Origin: Octopus sinensis
Taxonomy: Eukaryota
DNA: 64,000 nucleotides
Direction: 5' to 3'
NCBI RefSeq assembly: GCF_006345805.1
Contig: NC_043001.1
Coordinates: forward strand, 17,794,001-17,858,000
Position numbers and translations under genes: made by a program
The notes under the pieces: generated by a model
What the model was told of the DNA's origin: nothing
Seen by the model: the letters and a program-made list of their open reading frames with translations, nothing else
The model's database searches: none
Part shown: positions 63,300 to 64,000 of the stretch, piece by piece
How the letters are laid out: every line of letters begins with the position of its first letter
Numbering within the stretch: position 1 is the stretch's first letter

Positions 63300-64000
63300 T
63301 TAACTTAAAATCAGAATTTTAGGCTAAATATCAGTAGAAAAAATACCCAAAAAGGCTAAAAAATTCTAAACATGACAAAAAAATGCTGAAGACTAATTAT
63401 ATCAAAATGCCTAATTTTTATTTACATTTTTATTTACTTTTTTTAATTGTATTCAGCATTGAGAAATACCTTCTTGAATTTCACTGATTTGATCACTTTC
63501 AGCTGCAGGTCTTGACTTCTGTATACATTCAAGGTCCCAATCTTGTTAGTTATGTGTTTTGGAATATCGAAGATTTTGCAACATTTGCCATATCTTTACA
63601 GGCCATATTTTATTGACAGTATTGATCTAAGCATAGGAAAATGCATTTTGTTTTTCAATTTTGATTTGACTACACCCATACTACTGAACAACCGTTCAAC
63701 TTCTGCATTTGCGTTTGGCAATGTCAATAGATTAATGGTAAAATTTGCAACATCTCTAAAAGGATTTCCCCCAGTAGCATCTTTATATCTTTATATTCCA
63801 AGACTTCCAGTCAGAATGCCTCAGTATTAGACGTATTTGTCCATTTAACTAAATGAATGCTATTAAACTGAATTTCAGTTGAAGCATTTTGTTCTTCATT
63901 TAAATGCATTGCTTCTAAGACAGGTAAAATTGGTTCTTTGAAATGCTGCAAAATATTCTTTACTGAAAAACATTTGATATTCTTCAGTATATTAATATTT
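63300..64000 (-). mobile_element. hAT transposon fragment (transposase C-terminal dimerisation region), continues beyond the window
   Basis: Minus-strand NPFRDVANFTINLLTLPNANAEVERLFSSMGVVKSKLKNKMHFPMLRSILSIKYGL; stops and a frameshift. Confidence 0.8.

Larger units (their letters stand above)
38185..63300. repeat. Tandem array of ~180-bp tRNA-Ala-derived monomers, mostly pseudogenes
   Basis: Recurring ggaattagctca...cgctttgcatg...gatcgat..cc.ggattctcca plus a conserved spacer; roughly 100 or more monomers, estimated from spacing and not counted. Confidence 0.92.

Overview
AT-rich, repeat-dense animal DNA. It is probably a coleoid cephalopod such as Octopus, inferred from recall of the SINE sequences and not verified by search. 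No intact host protein-coding gene is supported; nearly all entries in the ORF track are microsatellite or transposon artefacts. Bases 1-29 kb are a patchwork of tRNA-derived SINEs (four families, my labels A-D), microsatellites, decayed LINEs (RTE, BovB-like, Dong/R4-like, CR1), a mellifera-type mariner, foldback/MITE elements and a Penelope-type minimal hammerhead motif (a second lies at 30.1 kb). The dominant system is a tRNA-Ala locus at 29.2-63.3 kb with 21 apparently intact genes (8 AGC, 11 TGC, 2 CGC). Five AGC genes lie dispersed at 29-36.5 kb, two of them in a palindromic duplication. The other 16 are embedded in a ~25-kb satellite-like array of ~180-bp monomers (tRNA-Ala plus AT-rich spacer), most of which are pseudogenes. 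The array shows higher-order repeats with one preserved tRNA slot per unit, positional paralogs differing only at anticodon position 34, inversions ending at MITE terminal repeats, and two Tx1/L1-like fragments. A hAT transposase fragment ends the array. SINE and LINE boundaries are approximate; tRNA, TIR and palindrome coordinates were counted by hand.
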